Shown here piece by piece: positions 23,552-33,220 of a DNA stretch of 58,083 nt (position 1 is the first letter of the stretch; each line of letters begins with the position of its first letter). The position numbers were made by a program, and so were the translations under genes. A model generated the notes under the pieces. The model did not search any database and was not told where the DNA came from. It was given only the letters and a program-made list of their open reading frames with translations. Source of the DNA: a virus; the IMG/VR virus record IMGVR_UViG_3300045988_084814, one strand, 5' to 3'.

Positions 23552-23961
23552 AAGTAAGAACCGAATGGGCTTATAACTTAGAAAGAACTATTTTTTCTAT
23601 CGTTAAAGCAAGAGCTGAAAATAGCTTGAAAAATAAATATCCGAAAATTCGTTTTACAAATGAAGAAGAAGCTGACGGAAACGCAATTTTCCCAACTGTA
23701 TTGATACAATCTGTACAACCTTTAGAGAAAGTGGCAGATTTAGAAAAGATAAATATTGATACAGTGCTTTACACAACACAGGTTACAATCACAACAAACA
23801 AAAGTAGAAATGAGGCTTTGAATATTGCTTATGAGATAGCTGATAAATTTAAGCAGATGGCATTTACTTTAAATCCTATGCCTTTTGTTAGAAAAGAAAA
23901 TAAAGTTTACACAGCAACTTTTAGGGCATCACGAACTTTTGATTGGAATGATATTATATAG
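23548..23961 (+). CDS. Putative tail terminator or neck protein
   Basis: Call is positional. Coupled start. Confidence 0.45.
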   Translation: MKVRTEWAYNLERTIFSIVKARAENSLKNKYPKIRFTNEEEADGNAIFPTVLIQSVQPLEKVADLEKINIDTVLYTTQVTITTNKSRNEALNIAYEIADKFKQMAFTLNPMPFVRKENKVYTATFRASRTFDWNDII

Positions 23962-23985
23962 AGCTTTTATAGCTCTTATTTTTTT
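23960..23985 (+). terminator. Small terminator-like hairpin
   Basis: Stem AGAGCT/AGCTCT followed by TATTTTTTT. Confidence 0.45.
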
Positions 23986-24008
23986 ACGCAAAATTAGGAG
24001 GTAATACA

Positions 24009-24506
24009 ATGGCAACAGGTTTAAAATCAAGAATCGCTTACAAAGAACCAAGTTCAAGTGCGGCAGAGGGTGAATACTGGGCTGGTACTTATAAATTGCT
24101 TATGAGGGCAAAGTCTATCCCATCGCCATTCGGCTCACAAAATATGGTCGATACATCGACACTTGAAGATTTGGTGGAAACACAGGAAATGGGTAGACGT
24201 TCAGCAGGCTCAATGGAAGTACCGGGAGCGTTTGAAAAAACATATAAAGATGACATGGTTTCAAATGAGGGAAAAAAACTTGATTTCATTATTCTTTACG
24301 GAACTGACGGAAAAGGTTCAGAGGGCATTTGTGGATTCATAGGACAGGAATCATTTGCACCGGATGAAGCAACAGAAGACCATTTAACAGGTACGGCTAC
24401 GGTATCAGTTCAGACAGTACCTAAGTGGATTGAGGACAATTACACAGTAGCGGTAACAGAGGATGAAAATGGTTATCCAACGGCAATTACACTCACAAAA
24501 AAATAA
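24009..24506 (+). CDS. Major tail (tube) protein
   Basis: 165 aa with SD AGGAGGT. Lies directly upstream of the chaperone pair and the tape measure, and is followed by a strong terminator. Confidence 0.6.
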   Translation: MATGLKSRIAYKEPSSSAAEGEYWAGTYKLLMRAKSIPSPFGSQNMVDTSTLEDLVETQEMGRRSAGSMEVPGAFEKTYKDDMVSNEGKKLDFIILYGTDGKGSEGICGFIGQESFAPDEATEDHLTGTATVSVQTVPKWIEDNYTVAVTEDENGYPTAITLTKK

Positions 24507-24606
24507 ATCGCCAGTCGGCTAGAAGTGAAAAGGCTGTTACGGCTGGCGTTAGTGATGATACAGCCGCTTCTTACTCATACGATGAATAATTAAATTGATT
24601 AAAAGT

Positions 24607-24635
24607 GGGGCGGTCTTAGGACTGCCCCCTTTCTT
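24607..24635 (+). terminator. Rho-independent terminator
   Basis: 9-bp stem GGGGCGGTC/GACTGCCCC followed by CTTTCTT. Confidence 0.6.
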
Positions 24636-24661
24636 ACAAATGTAAGGGAAAGGGAAATAAT

Positions 24662-25114
24662 ATGTATAAAATTATAAATATCAATAAAAAGGACTATAAA
24701 CTTGAATACTCATTAGAAGCATCACTTTATCCTGAGAGCACAGAAAAGTTATTAGAACTTATATCATCAACAGATGCAGAAAACGAGAATGACAAGATTA
24801 AAAATATAATTAAAGGAATGTCAAATGTTCCACAAACAACATTACATATGTTCTATGCAGGCTTACTTGAGCATCATGGTACAGGCTCAGATAGTGACGG
24901 AACAGTAACATCAATAGAAGATGCAAAGGCATTGTTAAAACAGTATATAAGTGAAAATAAAACAAACTTCTATGCTGTTATGGAAATGATTATGGGACAG
25001 ATGGCAGAAGATGGTTTTTTAGACTTGATAGGTCTGAACGACATGATACAGACCGAGGAAGAAGAACCGAAGAAAACTCCGAAAATTCCACAAGACCATT
25101 TGAAGAAAAATTAA
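24662..25114 (+). CDS. Tail assembly chaperone (gpG-like, short form)
   Basis: 150 aa, acidic C-terminus, immediately upstream of the tape-measure region. Confidence 0.6.
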   Translation: MYKIININKKDYKLEYSLEASLYPESTEKLLELISSTDAENENDKIKNIIKGMSNVPQTTLHMFYAGLLEHHGTGSDSDGTVTSIEDAKALLKQYISENKTNFYAVMEMIMGQMAEDGFLDLIGLNDMIQTEEEEPKKTPKIPQDHLKKN

Positions 25115-25482
25115 GTTTCAAAGAAAATATTGAAAAAAATATCTTGCCAAGTGCGATAAAGGCAGGATTGACATATAAAGAAGCTATGCATATGACCCCA
25201 AAAGCCATTGAGATGCACATAGAAGCATATAGTGAGAAAGAACAGGAAAAAGTAAAAGTATCTGAATATCTTTCATGGCTCAACGGCTATTATGTTGTCG
25301 AAGCAATAGCTTGTACATTTGGTAAAGGAAAATATCCTAAAAATCCTTTACTTGAAGAAGAAAAAGAAGAAAAAATTAAAAATAATTCAAATAAAGAGGG
25401 GCAGGAAGAAATCGCTGTATTTGAAATGAAGCAAAGGATTAGATTACTAAGAGAAAGTGGACTTCCTGAAAGCCCTGACTAA
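24662..25482 (+). CDS. Tail assembly chaperone long form (gpGT-like) made by a -1 frameshift
   Basis: The downstream ORF (25144-25482) is in the -1 frame and has no SD or ATG. The -1 frame has no stop codon from about 24970 onward. Confidence 0.5.
25015..25021 (+). promoter_or_regulatory. Candidate -1 ribosomal frameshift heptamer T_TTT_TTA
   Basis: The zero-frame codons are GGT TTT TTA. The -1 frame stays open from here to 25482. Confidence 0.5.
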
Positions 25483-25517
25483 AGACGGTGTGATTGAGAC
25501 ATACCGTCTTATTTTTT
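25482..25517 (+). terminator. Rho-independent terminator
   Basis: Stem AAGACGGT/ACCGTCTT followed by ATTTTTT. Confidence 0.75.
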
Positions 25518-25530
25518 GAGGTGATAATCA

Positions 25531-26223
25531 ATGAAAATGACTACAAAATATGCAAAAAGCATTAGTTATGGAAATAAAAGACCGTTAAGTAATATCAAAT
25601 ACATTGTCATACATTACACAGGCAATAAAGGAGATACGGCACAGAACAACCTTGATTATTTTGCAAATGGCAATACAAGACAGGCAGGAGCGCATTTCTT
25701 TGTTGATAAAAAAGGAAAAGTCGGCAAGTCAATAGCAATGTGCCGTACAGCATGGGCGGTAGGCGGCAACCACAGAAGCGGAAGAAAAGGCGAGGCGGCT
25801 TATTTTGGCAAATGTACAAATACAAATTCAGTATCTATTGAATTGTGCGATATGTGCTTAAAAACAAACTGGGAACAGATGTATGCGACAAGAAAACTTG
25901 TTAAATACATTCAAAGTAAATGCCCTAATGCGAAAACAATTATCAGACATTGGGATGTAAACGGCAAAAATTGTCCAGCACCTTTTACAGGTAGTGGTAA
26001 TGAGAAATGGACTGAATTTAAGCGTTTTATAACAGCAGGATATAAATTTACTGCGGTTGTTACGAAAGATGCGGCATTAAGAAGTAAACCGAAGCTGGGG
26101 GCAGTAAATAAAAAAGGTACTGCAAAAAAAGGAACAAAAGTTAAGATTGTCAAACTCAATGGGAATTGGGGACTTACTGACAACGGATATTGGATAAGTC
26201 TTGAAAAAGTAAAAGAGATTTAA
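25531..26223 (+). CDS. Endolysin: N-acetylmuramoyl-L-alanine amidase (Amidase_2/PGRP) with a C-terminal SH3-like domain
   Basis: Motifs present: IKYIVIHYTGN, GAHFFVD, SVSIELC, IIRHWDVNGKNCPAPF. The C-terminus KVKIVKLNGNWGLTDNGYWISLEKV looks SH3b-like. Confidence 0.85.
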   Translation: MKMTTKYAKSISYGNKRPLSNIKYIVIHYTGNKGDTAQNNLDYFANGNTRQAGAHFFVDKKGKVGKSIAMCRTAWAVGGNHRSGRKGEAAYFGKCTNTNSVSIELCDMCLKTNWEQMYATRKLVKYIQSKCPNAKTIIRHWDVNGKNCPAPFTGSGNEKWTEFKRFITAGYKFTAVVTKDAALRSKPKLGAVNKKGTAKKGTKVKIVKLNGNWGLTDNGYWISLEKVKEI

Positions 26224-26241
26224 TCAGAATGAGGTGATTTG

Positions 26242-29200
26242 ATGGAATTAGATAGTTTAGAACTGAAAGTATCGGCAGAAGCACAGTCGGCAGAAAAAGC
26301 ACTTGACAGCCTTATAGGTAAATTACAGAGTTTTTCAAAAGCACTTGGCGGTATAAACACTACTTCCATCAGTAAAAACCTTGAAAATCTTGCTAAAGTC
26401 GGTGGATTGAAAACTGTCACTAAAGAGGTAGAGGACTTAGGGAAAACTGTAGACAATGTCGGTAAGAAGAAAACAAAGACTGAGGTTAAAGTCGATGTTA
26501 AGCAAGGTTTAGAAGCTATTGCCGAATTACAGAAACGATTTGAAAATGCGGACAAAGATATAAGATTTACTGGGTCAACAAAACAACTTGAAAAGCAATA
26601 CGACAGATTATCTAACAGTCTTTCAAAACTCTTTGCAAAAGAAAACGCAGCACTTGATTTAGGCAAAGCAAGTACAGGTGATGAAAAGTTTGTTAAATTA
26701 GAGCGTAACATACAGTCAACCATAAACCAACTTGACACACTTAAATCTAAAATCACAGAAGTTCAAAAAGCAGAACAGGCGAGCAAGGCACAATTTTTTG
26801 AAAGAGAAAATGCAAAGGCAAATCAAGAAAACAAAACTGCCATGATGATACCACCTGAGAGTGAAATGAAAAAGGCGGCTGAAACATATCAAAAAAATAT
26901 AGAAAAAATATCATCAGACACATTGCCTAAACACACAGGTTGGGATAGTCAAGCAGAACTTCTTAAAGCATTAAAACAGTCTCGAGAGGGAACAGCAGGA
27001 GCATTAGAGGGATATGACGAAAGAATAAAGAAAGCCACAGCCGACCTTAAAGCAGTCGAAAAAAGCGGCAAAGGCATGGGTACTGAGGAATGGGACAATG
27101 CTAGTATTGCATTACAAAAAGTTGTGGCAGAAGCTAAGTGGTATAAAAATACCTTAAAAGAAGCGGCTGCCGACCTTGGTTTGAATGTCAAATCCATTAA
27201 GGAACTTGAAGCAGAAGAAAGCAAATTAGTACAAAAATCAAATCAACTTGCTGGAAAAAAATTATACGGAAGTGCTGATTATAACGAGACTATTTATCAA
27301 CTTGGACGAGTTAGAGAAGAATTAGATAAGCAGAAAATAAAAATTACAGGTGCGAGCAGTGCTTTAAAAGGTTATGACGAGCGTATTGCACAAGCTAAAA
27401 TCAATCTTGCTAATATACAAGCCACAGGCAAGGGCATGGGAACATCTGAATGGGATAATGCTAAGATGGCTTTAATCAAGTTAGAAGATGAAGCAAAGCG
27501 GTATAAAGCGGCTTTAAATCAAAAAGCATTAGGTCTTGATACCGACATAAAATCAACGGATAACCTCGAAACAAAGATAAAGAAATTAAATCTTGCTATA
27601 GAGCAAATGAGAAATAGAGGTATTGGTTTCGGTGATACAAACTTTGATAAGCTGTATCAACAGCTTAATCAAGCTGAAAAAGAACTTGCAGAGTACAAAG
27701 CTAGATTGACAGAAAGTGAAAACTCAACAAGAAGTTTTGGCAGTACATTAAAGAGTGCGGCAACAGGTTTTTCTAATTTTATCAGTAAGATTAAAAATGC
27801 CGGTGCGGCAACACTGAATTTTGCTAAGAATGTCCGTAACATGAAATCGCCTTTAAAACTTGCACTCGGTCAAATTAGTAAATTAGGAAATTCGGTTGCA
27901 AGGCTGTATTTCAAGTACATGATGTTATCGAGGGTTGCTGGTGCACTTGGTAAAGTTCTTGGCATATCAAGTGATTATGTTGAGGAATACAACTATTTTC
28001 AAAAGGCAATAGACAAGATTGCACAGGAAAATAAAGGCAATTACAAAAAATACGGCTATGATGATGCTAAGAGTTATGCGGATAGCTTTGAGGATAGACT
28101 TACAACTCTTACAGGCAAAATGACAGGATATAAGCCCGATAAAAACGGAAATCTTATAGATACTGATGTGGCAAGTCTTGGGCTTGATATTACACAGGTT
28201 ACAAACTTTGAAGCACAGATTGCACAAATGACAAATTCTGTCGGCATGATGGGCGAAGCCTCTATTGCAACCTCAAAAGCACTTACAATGCTTGCTGGGG
28301 ATATGTCATCATTAACAAATATGCCGCTTGATACCGTTATGAAAAACTTTTCAAGTGGTCTTTCGGGTGCGGCAATGGCTGTCAAAAAATATGGTATGGA
28401 CATATCAGTTGCGGCATTACAGGAAACAGCACTTGGGCTAGGTGTTAAGAAAAATGTTTCTGATATGACACAGGCTGAGAAAGAGTATTTGCGTGTTATC
28501 ACTATGTTACAGCAGTCTAAAGTAGCATGGGGCGACTTAGCTAAGACTATCAATTCTCCCGCAAATCAATTTAGAATGTTAAAGTCAAATATCAAACAAT
28601 GCGGCTTGATGCTTTCAAGGCTGTTTATGCCTGTCATTCAAAAAGTATTACCTTGGCTCAACGCAATGGCAATGGCTGTTAAAGACTTAATGAAACATAT
28701 CGGTGACTTGTTCGGCTTAAAGTTTGATAACAGTCTTGGTTCAACAGACAGTGGCACATCAGATACCTATGACGATGTATCAGACAGTGCCGACAATGCG
28801 GCAGACAGTATAAATAATGCGGCAGATGCACAGAAGAAGTTTAACAAGCAGTTGCAAGGATTTGATAAATTAAATAACCTTACAACAAACGAGACTTCAA
28901 AGGGTGACAACGATAGTGACAAAGGTAATACTGGCGATACAAGCGGTGTTTTATCAGATGCACTTATAAACGCTGTTGAAGATTACGAGAAGCGTTGGAA
29001 CAAAGCATTTAAGAGTATGACAAGCGATGCTGACAATCTCAAAGAAAAGATTGAAAAACTGTTTACAACAGCATGGGACACAGGTGACGGAACAGAAATC
29101 GGTGAAGCACTTGCGACAACCTTAAATAAGGGCATTGACTGGGTGAACGAACATCAAAGTGAGTGGTCTAGTGGTCTTAATAAGATTACTTCAATTATGG

Positions 29201-31803
29201 GAACTACCCTTAACGGATTTATTGAGAAATTTGAATGGAAAGGTCTTGGACAAGCTATCGGCGGTTCTATAAAAACAGCACTTGAAGCAGAAACAAATTT
29301 CTTTGAAACTGTAAACTGGGTAAATCTTGGAAAAGGTTTGTCGAAAACTCTTAATTCAGCTATCAAAACAGGAGTTTTGCAGTCGTACTTTAAATCAATA
29401 GCAAGCAAGCTAAGGGCGGCTATTGAGACAGCGTTTGGGGCAATTACTACATTTAAGTTTGATAAATTAGGTGAAGCATTAGGGCAAGGAATAAATGACT
29501 TTTTTAAGACAATGAATAAGAAAAATAAGCAGACTGGTCTTAATGGTTGGCAAGAACTTGGCAAAAGTTTAAGTGATGGCATAAAAGGCATTGCAGATAG
29601 TATTACGACTGCACTTGATACTGTTGATTGGGAAGAAGTAGGACAAGCTATAGCAGATTTTATAGGTGCTATTGATTGGGGCGGAGTTGTTTGGTCATTG
29701 GGTAAGATGGCAAAGGCATTGATAAAAGCAATAGGAAAAACAATTGCTGCTCAAACAAAAGAAGACCCAGTTTCAGGTGTAATCACTATTGGAATTTTAG
29801 GATTTTTGCTTAGAAAAGGCTGGAAAAAACTACTTGCAATATTGCTTGGAAGTAAAATTGGAAAGTCTAAATTAAGTGTAGGACTTTCAAGAGTTTTTGC
29901 TGTTATAAAAGCATGGTCTATATCAAAAATAAGCAAGGCGGCTAAGGCTCTTGCAACAAAGATTAAATCAGGAATCGGCAAAATAGTTGTCACATTTAAA
30001 AATGTATATGCAAGTATTAAAAATTGGATAGCAAGCGGTGCAAAAATTAGTGATTTGATAAAAGCTGTAAAAACAGCATTAGGCATACAAAAGGGACTGA
30101 CATTGTCGAATATTGCTGTTAAGATTGCTACAAAGTTACCAACATTAGCAAATCCCGATATGGCGGCTGATGAACTAGCAAGAAATATTGATGAATGGTT
30201 TACAAACAAAATTTGGAAGCCGCTTTGCAAAAAGGTTTCTTGGCTTGATGAAAACTCACCTATGGGTGTTTTTCAAGTACCTGTAAAATTAGCTATAAAG
30301 ATAGGCACAACAATAAAAGACTTTTTCGGAGATACTTGGGATGATACGACAGCCATGACATCCGGAATTGATGTGGGAAACGATATGGCAAACGGAGTTT
30401 TAAAGGGGTTTGCTAATGCGTTGGTATATCCTGCAAATTTCCTTTACAATCTTATTGTAAAACCTGTCAAAGAAGCATTAGGAATACATTCTCCGTCAAC
30501 GGTATTTAAGGAGATTGCAGGATATTGCGTTGATGGTTTTATGAATAATTTTAATTTAAAGGACAAAATAAAAGAAAAACTTCAAAATTTAGGTAAAGCA
30601 ACTATTGAACTTGGATTAAAAATAAAAGGCAGTTTTGACGATAAAGCCAAAGAAATCAAGGAATGGTGGAACGGCAAAAAAGAAAAAGCGAAAACTTTAC
30701 TGGCTAAAGCAAAAGGAGAAATAACTAAAAAGTTTGAAGATGTAAAAGAAGCTTGGGGCAAGGTTAAAGAGGGAGTTAAAAATTTATGGGCTAAAGCAAA
30801 AGCTACAGTTGAGGGAGCATTTAATAAAGCTGTTGAAAGCTGGAATAATATCAAAGAGGGAGTTAAAAATTTATGGGCTAAAGCAAAAGGTAAGATTGAA
30901 GATACTTTTAATGAAGCACGACAGGCGTGGTCAGATTTTAAAGAGGGAACAAAAAATATTTTCGTCAGAGCCAAAGGAGTTGTTGAGGATGGCTTTGAGA
31001 AAGTTTCTGAAGCTTGGGGGAAAATCAAAGGCGGTACAAAAGAGTTTTGGGCTAAAGCAAAAGCTACAATATCGGATAAGTTTGACGAATTGTCCGAAAA
31101 GTGGGGCAAATTAAAGACTAAAGGTATAATCGTAACTGCAAAAGCTACAATTAAAGATGGCGTTGACAAAATCGGAAGTATATGGAAAAGCGTTAAAACA
31201 AAAACAGCTACCTTAACAGGAAAAGCAGAAGAAAAAACCAAAGATGTTTTTAAGTCAATAAAAGATAAATGGAAAGAATTAACGAGTAAAACAGCAGTTT
31301 TAACAGCTACTTTTAAAGATATGTTCACAGCACCGTTAAAAAAGGCTTGGAATGCTATTGCTAGTGCAATTAACAAAGGAATTAAAACTATCAATAAAAT
31401 ACCGGGAGTTAGCATTCCGTCAGTACCTAAGCTGGCAAAAGGAGGTATTTTTGAAAATGGTTCGTGGCACAACATAGCAAAATATGCAAGCGGCGGTATG
31501 CCGAATATGGGGCAGTTATTTGTAGCAAGAGAAAAAGGCCCTGAGCTTGTAAGTACATTAAAAGGTCATACTGCGGTTATGAATAACGACCAAATCGTTG
31601 CGTCAGTATCGCAAGGTGTGTCAGACGCAGTGTATAATGTTATGACACCTGTTTTGACAAATCTTGTATCAAGCATAAACCGTATGAACAGTAGCGGCAC
31701 ACCTCTCTATGTCGAGGGGGTTTCTGAGGGTGATATAGTTAAGATAACCCAAAGTGCAAACGCTGATTACAAGAAGCGGTACGGCAAACCTCTTTTCACT
31801 TAG
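26242..31803 (+). CDS. Tape measure protein
   Basis: 1853 aa, helical and repeat-rich, with a hydrophobic central segment. Position is canonical. ATG 6 nt after GAGGTG. Confidence 0.9.
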   Translation: MELDSLELKVSAEAQSAEKALDSLIGKLQSFSKALGGINTTSISKNLENLAKVGGLKTVTKEVEDLGKTVDNVGKKKTKTEVKVDVKQGLEAIAELQKRFENADKDIRFTGSTKQLEKQYDRLSNSLSKLFAKENAALDLGKASTGDEKFVKLERNIQSTINQLDTLKSKITEVQKAEQASKAQFFERENAKANQENKTAMMIPPESEMKKAAETYQKNIEKISSDTLPKHTGWDSQAELLKALKQSREGTAGALEGYDERIKKATADLKAVEKSGKGMGTEEWDNASIALQKVVAEAKWYKNTLKEAAADLGLNVKSIKELEAEESKLVQKSNQLAGKKLYGSADYNETIYQLGRVREELDKQKIKITGASSALKGYDERIAQAKINLANIQATGKGMGTSEWDNAKMALIKLEDEAKRYKAALNQKALGLDTDIKSTDNLETKIKKLNLAIEQMRNRGIGFGDTNFDKLYQQLNQAEKELAEYKARLTESENSTRSFGSTLKSAATGFSNFISKIKNAGAATLNFAKNVRNMKSPLKLALGQISKLGNSVARLYFKYMMLSRVAGALGKVLGISSDYVEEYNYFQKAIDKIAQENKGNYKKYGYDDAKSYADSFEDRLTTLTGKMTGYKPDKNGNLIDTDVASLGLDITQVTNFEAQIAQMTNSVGMMGEASIATSKALTMLAGDMSSLTNMPLDTVMKNFSSGLSGAAMAVKKYGMDISVAALQETALGLGVKKNVSDMTQAEKEYLRVITMLQQSKVAWGDLAKTINSPANQFRMLKSNIKQCGLMLSRLFMPVIQKVLPWLNAMAMAVKDLMKHIGDLFGLKFDNSLGSTDSGTSDTYDDVSDSADNAADSINNAADAQKKFNKQLQGFDKLNNLTTNETSKGDNDSDKGNTGDTSGVLSDALINAVEDYEKRWNKAFKSMTSDADNLKEKIEKLFTTAWDTGDGTEIGEALATTLNKGIDWVNEHQSEWSSGLNKITSIMGTTLNGFIEKFEWKGLGQAIGGSIKTALEAETNFFETVNWVNLGKGLSKTLNSAIKTGVLQSYFKSIASKLRAAIETAFGAITTFKFDKLGEALGQGINDFFKTMNKKNKQTGLNGWQELGKSLSDGIKGIADSITTALDTVDWEEVGQAIADFIGAIDWGGVVWSLGKMAKALIKAIGKTIAAQTKEDPVSGVITIGILGFLLRKGWKKLLAILLGSKIGKSKLSVGLSRVFAVIKAWSISKISKAAKALATKIKSGIGKIVVTFKNVYASIKNWIASGAKISDLIKAVKTALGIQKGLTLSNIAVKIATKLPTLANPDMAADELARNIDEWFTNKIWKPLCKKVSWLDENSPMGVFQVPVKLAIKIGTTIKDFFGDTWDDTTAMTSGIDVGNDMANGVLKGFANALVYPANFLYNLIVKPVKEALGIHSPSTVFKEIAGYCVDGFMNNFNLKDKIKEKLQNLGKATIELGLKIKGSFDDKAKEIKEWWNGKKEKAKTLLAKAKGEITKKFEDVKEAWGKVKEGVKNLWAKAKATVEGAFNKAVESWNNIKEGVKNLWAKAKGKIEDTFNEARQAWSDFKEGTKNIFVRAKGVVEDGFEKVSEAWGKIKGGTKEFWAKAKATISDKFDELSEKWGKLKTKGIIVTAKATIKDGVDKIGSIWKSVKTKTATLTGKAEEKTKDVFKSIKDKWKELTSKTAVLTATFKDMFTAPLKKAWNAIASAINKGIKTINKIPGVSIPSVPKLAKGGIFENGSWHNIAKYASGGMPNMGQLFVAREKGPELVSTLKGHTAVMNNDQIVASVSQGVSDAVYNVMTPVLTNLVSSINRMNSSGTPLYVEGVSEGDIVKITQSANADYKKRYGKPLFT

Positions 31804-31807
31804 AATA

Positions 31808-31836
31808 TTGCTATATTGTACCAAATGTGGTATGAT
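31808..31836 (+). promoter_or_regulatory. Promoter of the moron cassette
   Basis: TTGCTA, 17-nt spacer, TATGAT, with a TG extension. It is embedded in the 9-bp inverted repeat TTGCTATAT/ATATAGCAA (31808-31843). Confidence 0.6.
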
Positions 31837-31868
31837 ATAGCAAATATTTAAAAGGAGTGTGGACGGAT

Positions 31869-32687
31869 ATGAGAAAAAGTTTTTTTACAAAGATTGTAGC
31901 ATTTTTAGGGATAGCAACTCTTGTTATTTCCAGTACCTATACTACATCTTATGCAGTATGTAATCACAGATGGGTTTTAGATTCTAGTTTTAGTGAAAAA
32001 CCCACATGTTCTGAGGCGGGTTATAATTGGTATGATTGCTCTATTTGCGGCGATTCTAAGAAAGTGACTGTTCCAGCGACAAGAATACATAAATGGACGG
32101 AGTGGAAAGCTGATGGCTATTTATGTGAAGATGGGAAATGGGAAAGATACTGTACAGAGTGTTACAAAGAAGAAACAAAGGCAAGACAAGGTGATGGTTC
32201 GCATTTATGGTCTAATTGGGAAGTATGGACAGAAGCTGACTGTTTAAACAAAGGACAGGAAAGCAGATATTGTTATAATTGCTATCAAAGAGAATACAAG
32301 GATATTCCAGTTGATGACACAAAACATGACTGGAGTAGTTGGAGTACATTATGGGATGAAAGCATAGAACCTACAATTTTTAAAGGTGGAAAACAGACAA
32401 GACATTGTTATACTTGTTCAAAAGTAGAAATAAAGAAAATACCTAAATTAAAAGCAACAGTTTCAATATCATGCAAGAGCAAAACTTTAAAAGTAGGTGA
32501 AAAGCTGAAATTAAAAATAAAGAAAAGAACTTATCCCGATGTATTAAAAAATTGGACTACTGACAATAAAAAAGTTGCTACAGTCAATAAAAAAGGAAAA
32601 GTTTCGGCTGTTAAAAAAGGAAAAGCTACAATAACTTTAAAAATGAAAAGCGGTTGTACAGCAACTTGCAAAGTAACAGTTAAATAA
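31869..32687 (+). CDS. Secreted Cys-rich repeat protein with a C-terminal Big_2 (Ig-like) domain
   Basis: Signal-peptide-like N-terminus. Four repeats of the C..C...W..W type. The C-terminus VGEKLKLKI...WTTDNKKVATVNKKGKVSAVKKGKATITL looks like Big_2. Confidence 0.6.
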   Translation: MRKSFFTKIVAFLGIATLVISSTYTTSYAVCNHRWVLDSSFSEKPTCSEAGYNWYDCSICGDSKKVTVPATRIHKWTEWKADGYLCEDGKWERYCTECYKEETKARQGDGSHLWSNWEVWTEADCLNKGQESRYCYNCYQREYKDIPVDDTKHDWSSWSTLWDESIEPTIFKGGKQTRHCYTCSKVEIKKIPKLKATVSISCKSKTLKVGEKLKLKIKKRTYPDVLKNWTTDNKKVATVNKKGKVSAVKKGKATITLKMKSGCTATCKVTVK

Positions 32688-32698
32688 AGGAGAAAAAT

Positions 32699-33196
32699 AT
32701 GGCACTGATTAAATGTGAAGAATGTGGGAAAGAGTTTTCTGATAAAGCAGATATTTGCCCTAATTGCGGATGCCCCAATTCACAGAAAGCAAAAGTAAAT
32801 GTTGTAATTGAAAAAGAAAAGGGAACATGGAGCACTGGGAAACTTGTAATAGGGATAATATCAATGGTATTATTTGCAATAGTTTTCTTACAATCATGTG
32901 CTGTTGGTTTAGGAAATACTATAATAGATAGTGGAGAAACTAGCGGTACAGGTGGTGTTTTTTGTGCAGTAGCAATGTTAATAGCAGGAATTGTCACTGT
33001 AGTAACAAGAAATTCTGAAAAAAGTGGAGGTTCGATAGCAAGTATAATAATTTATTTTCTTGGTTATTTAATAGGATATAGCAACGCAGGCTCATATAAA
33101 GATTTAGAAGTTTGGAGTGCTATATGCTTTTGGTTTGCTATAGTACATATTGTAAGTATCGTAATTGCTAAGAGGAAAGCTAAAAATAACCAATAG
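32699..33196 (+). CDS. Zinc-ribbon membrane protein (4 predicted TM helices)
   Basis: N-terminal CEECG...CPNCGC followed by four hydrophobic helices. Confidence 0.6.
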   Translation: MALIKCEECGKEFSDKADICPNCGCPNSQKAKVNVVIEKEKGTWSTGKLVIGIISMVLFAIVFLQSCAVGLGNTIIDSGETSGTGGVFCAVAMLIAGIVTVVTRNSEKSGGSIASIIIYFLGYLIGYSNAGSYKDLEVWSAICFWFAIVHIVSIVIAKRKAKNNQ

Positions 33197-33220
33197 AAAA
33201 CATATACTTTCAAAACACAA

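Noticed and set aside
26220-31475. Long antisense ORFs inside the tape measure gene (for example 26220-26756, 30582-31475 and 29751-30230).
   Set aside because: They lie entirely within a well-supported 1853-aa gene, have low-complexity products and lack SDs. They are artefacts of codon bias and repeats.
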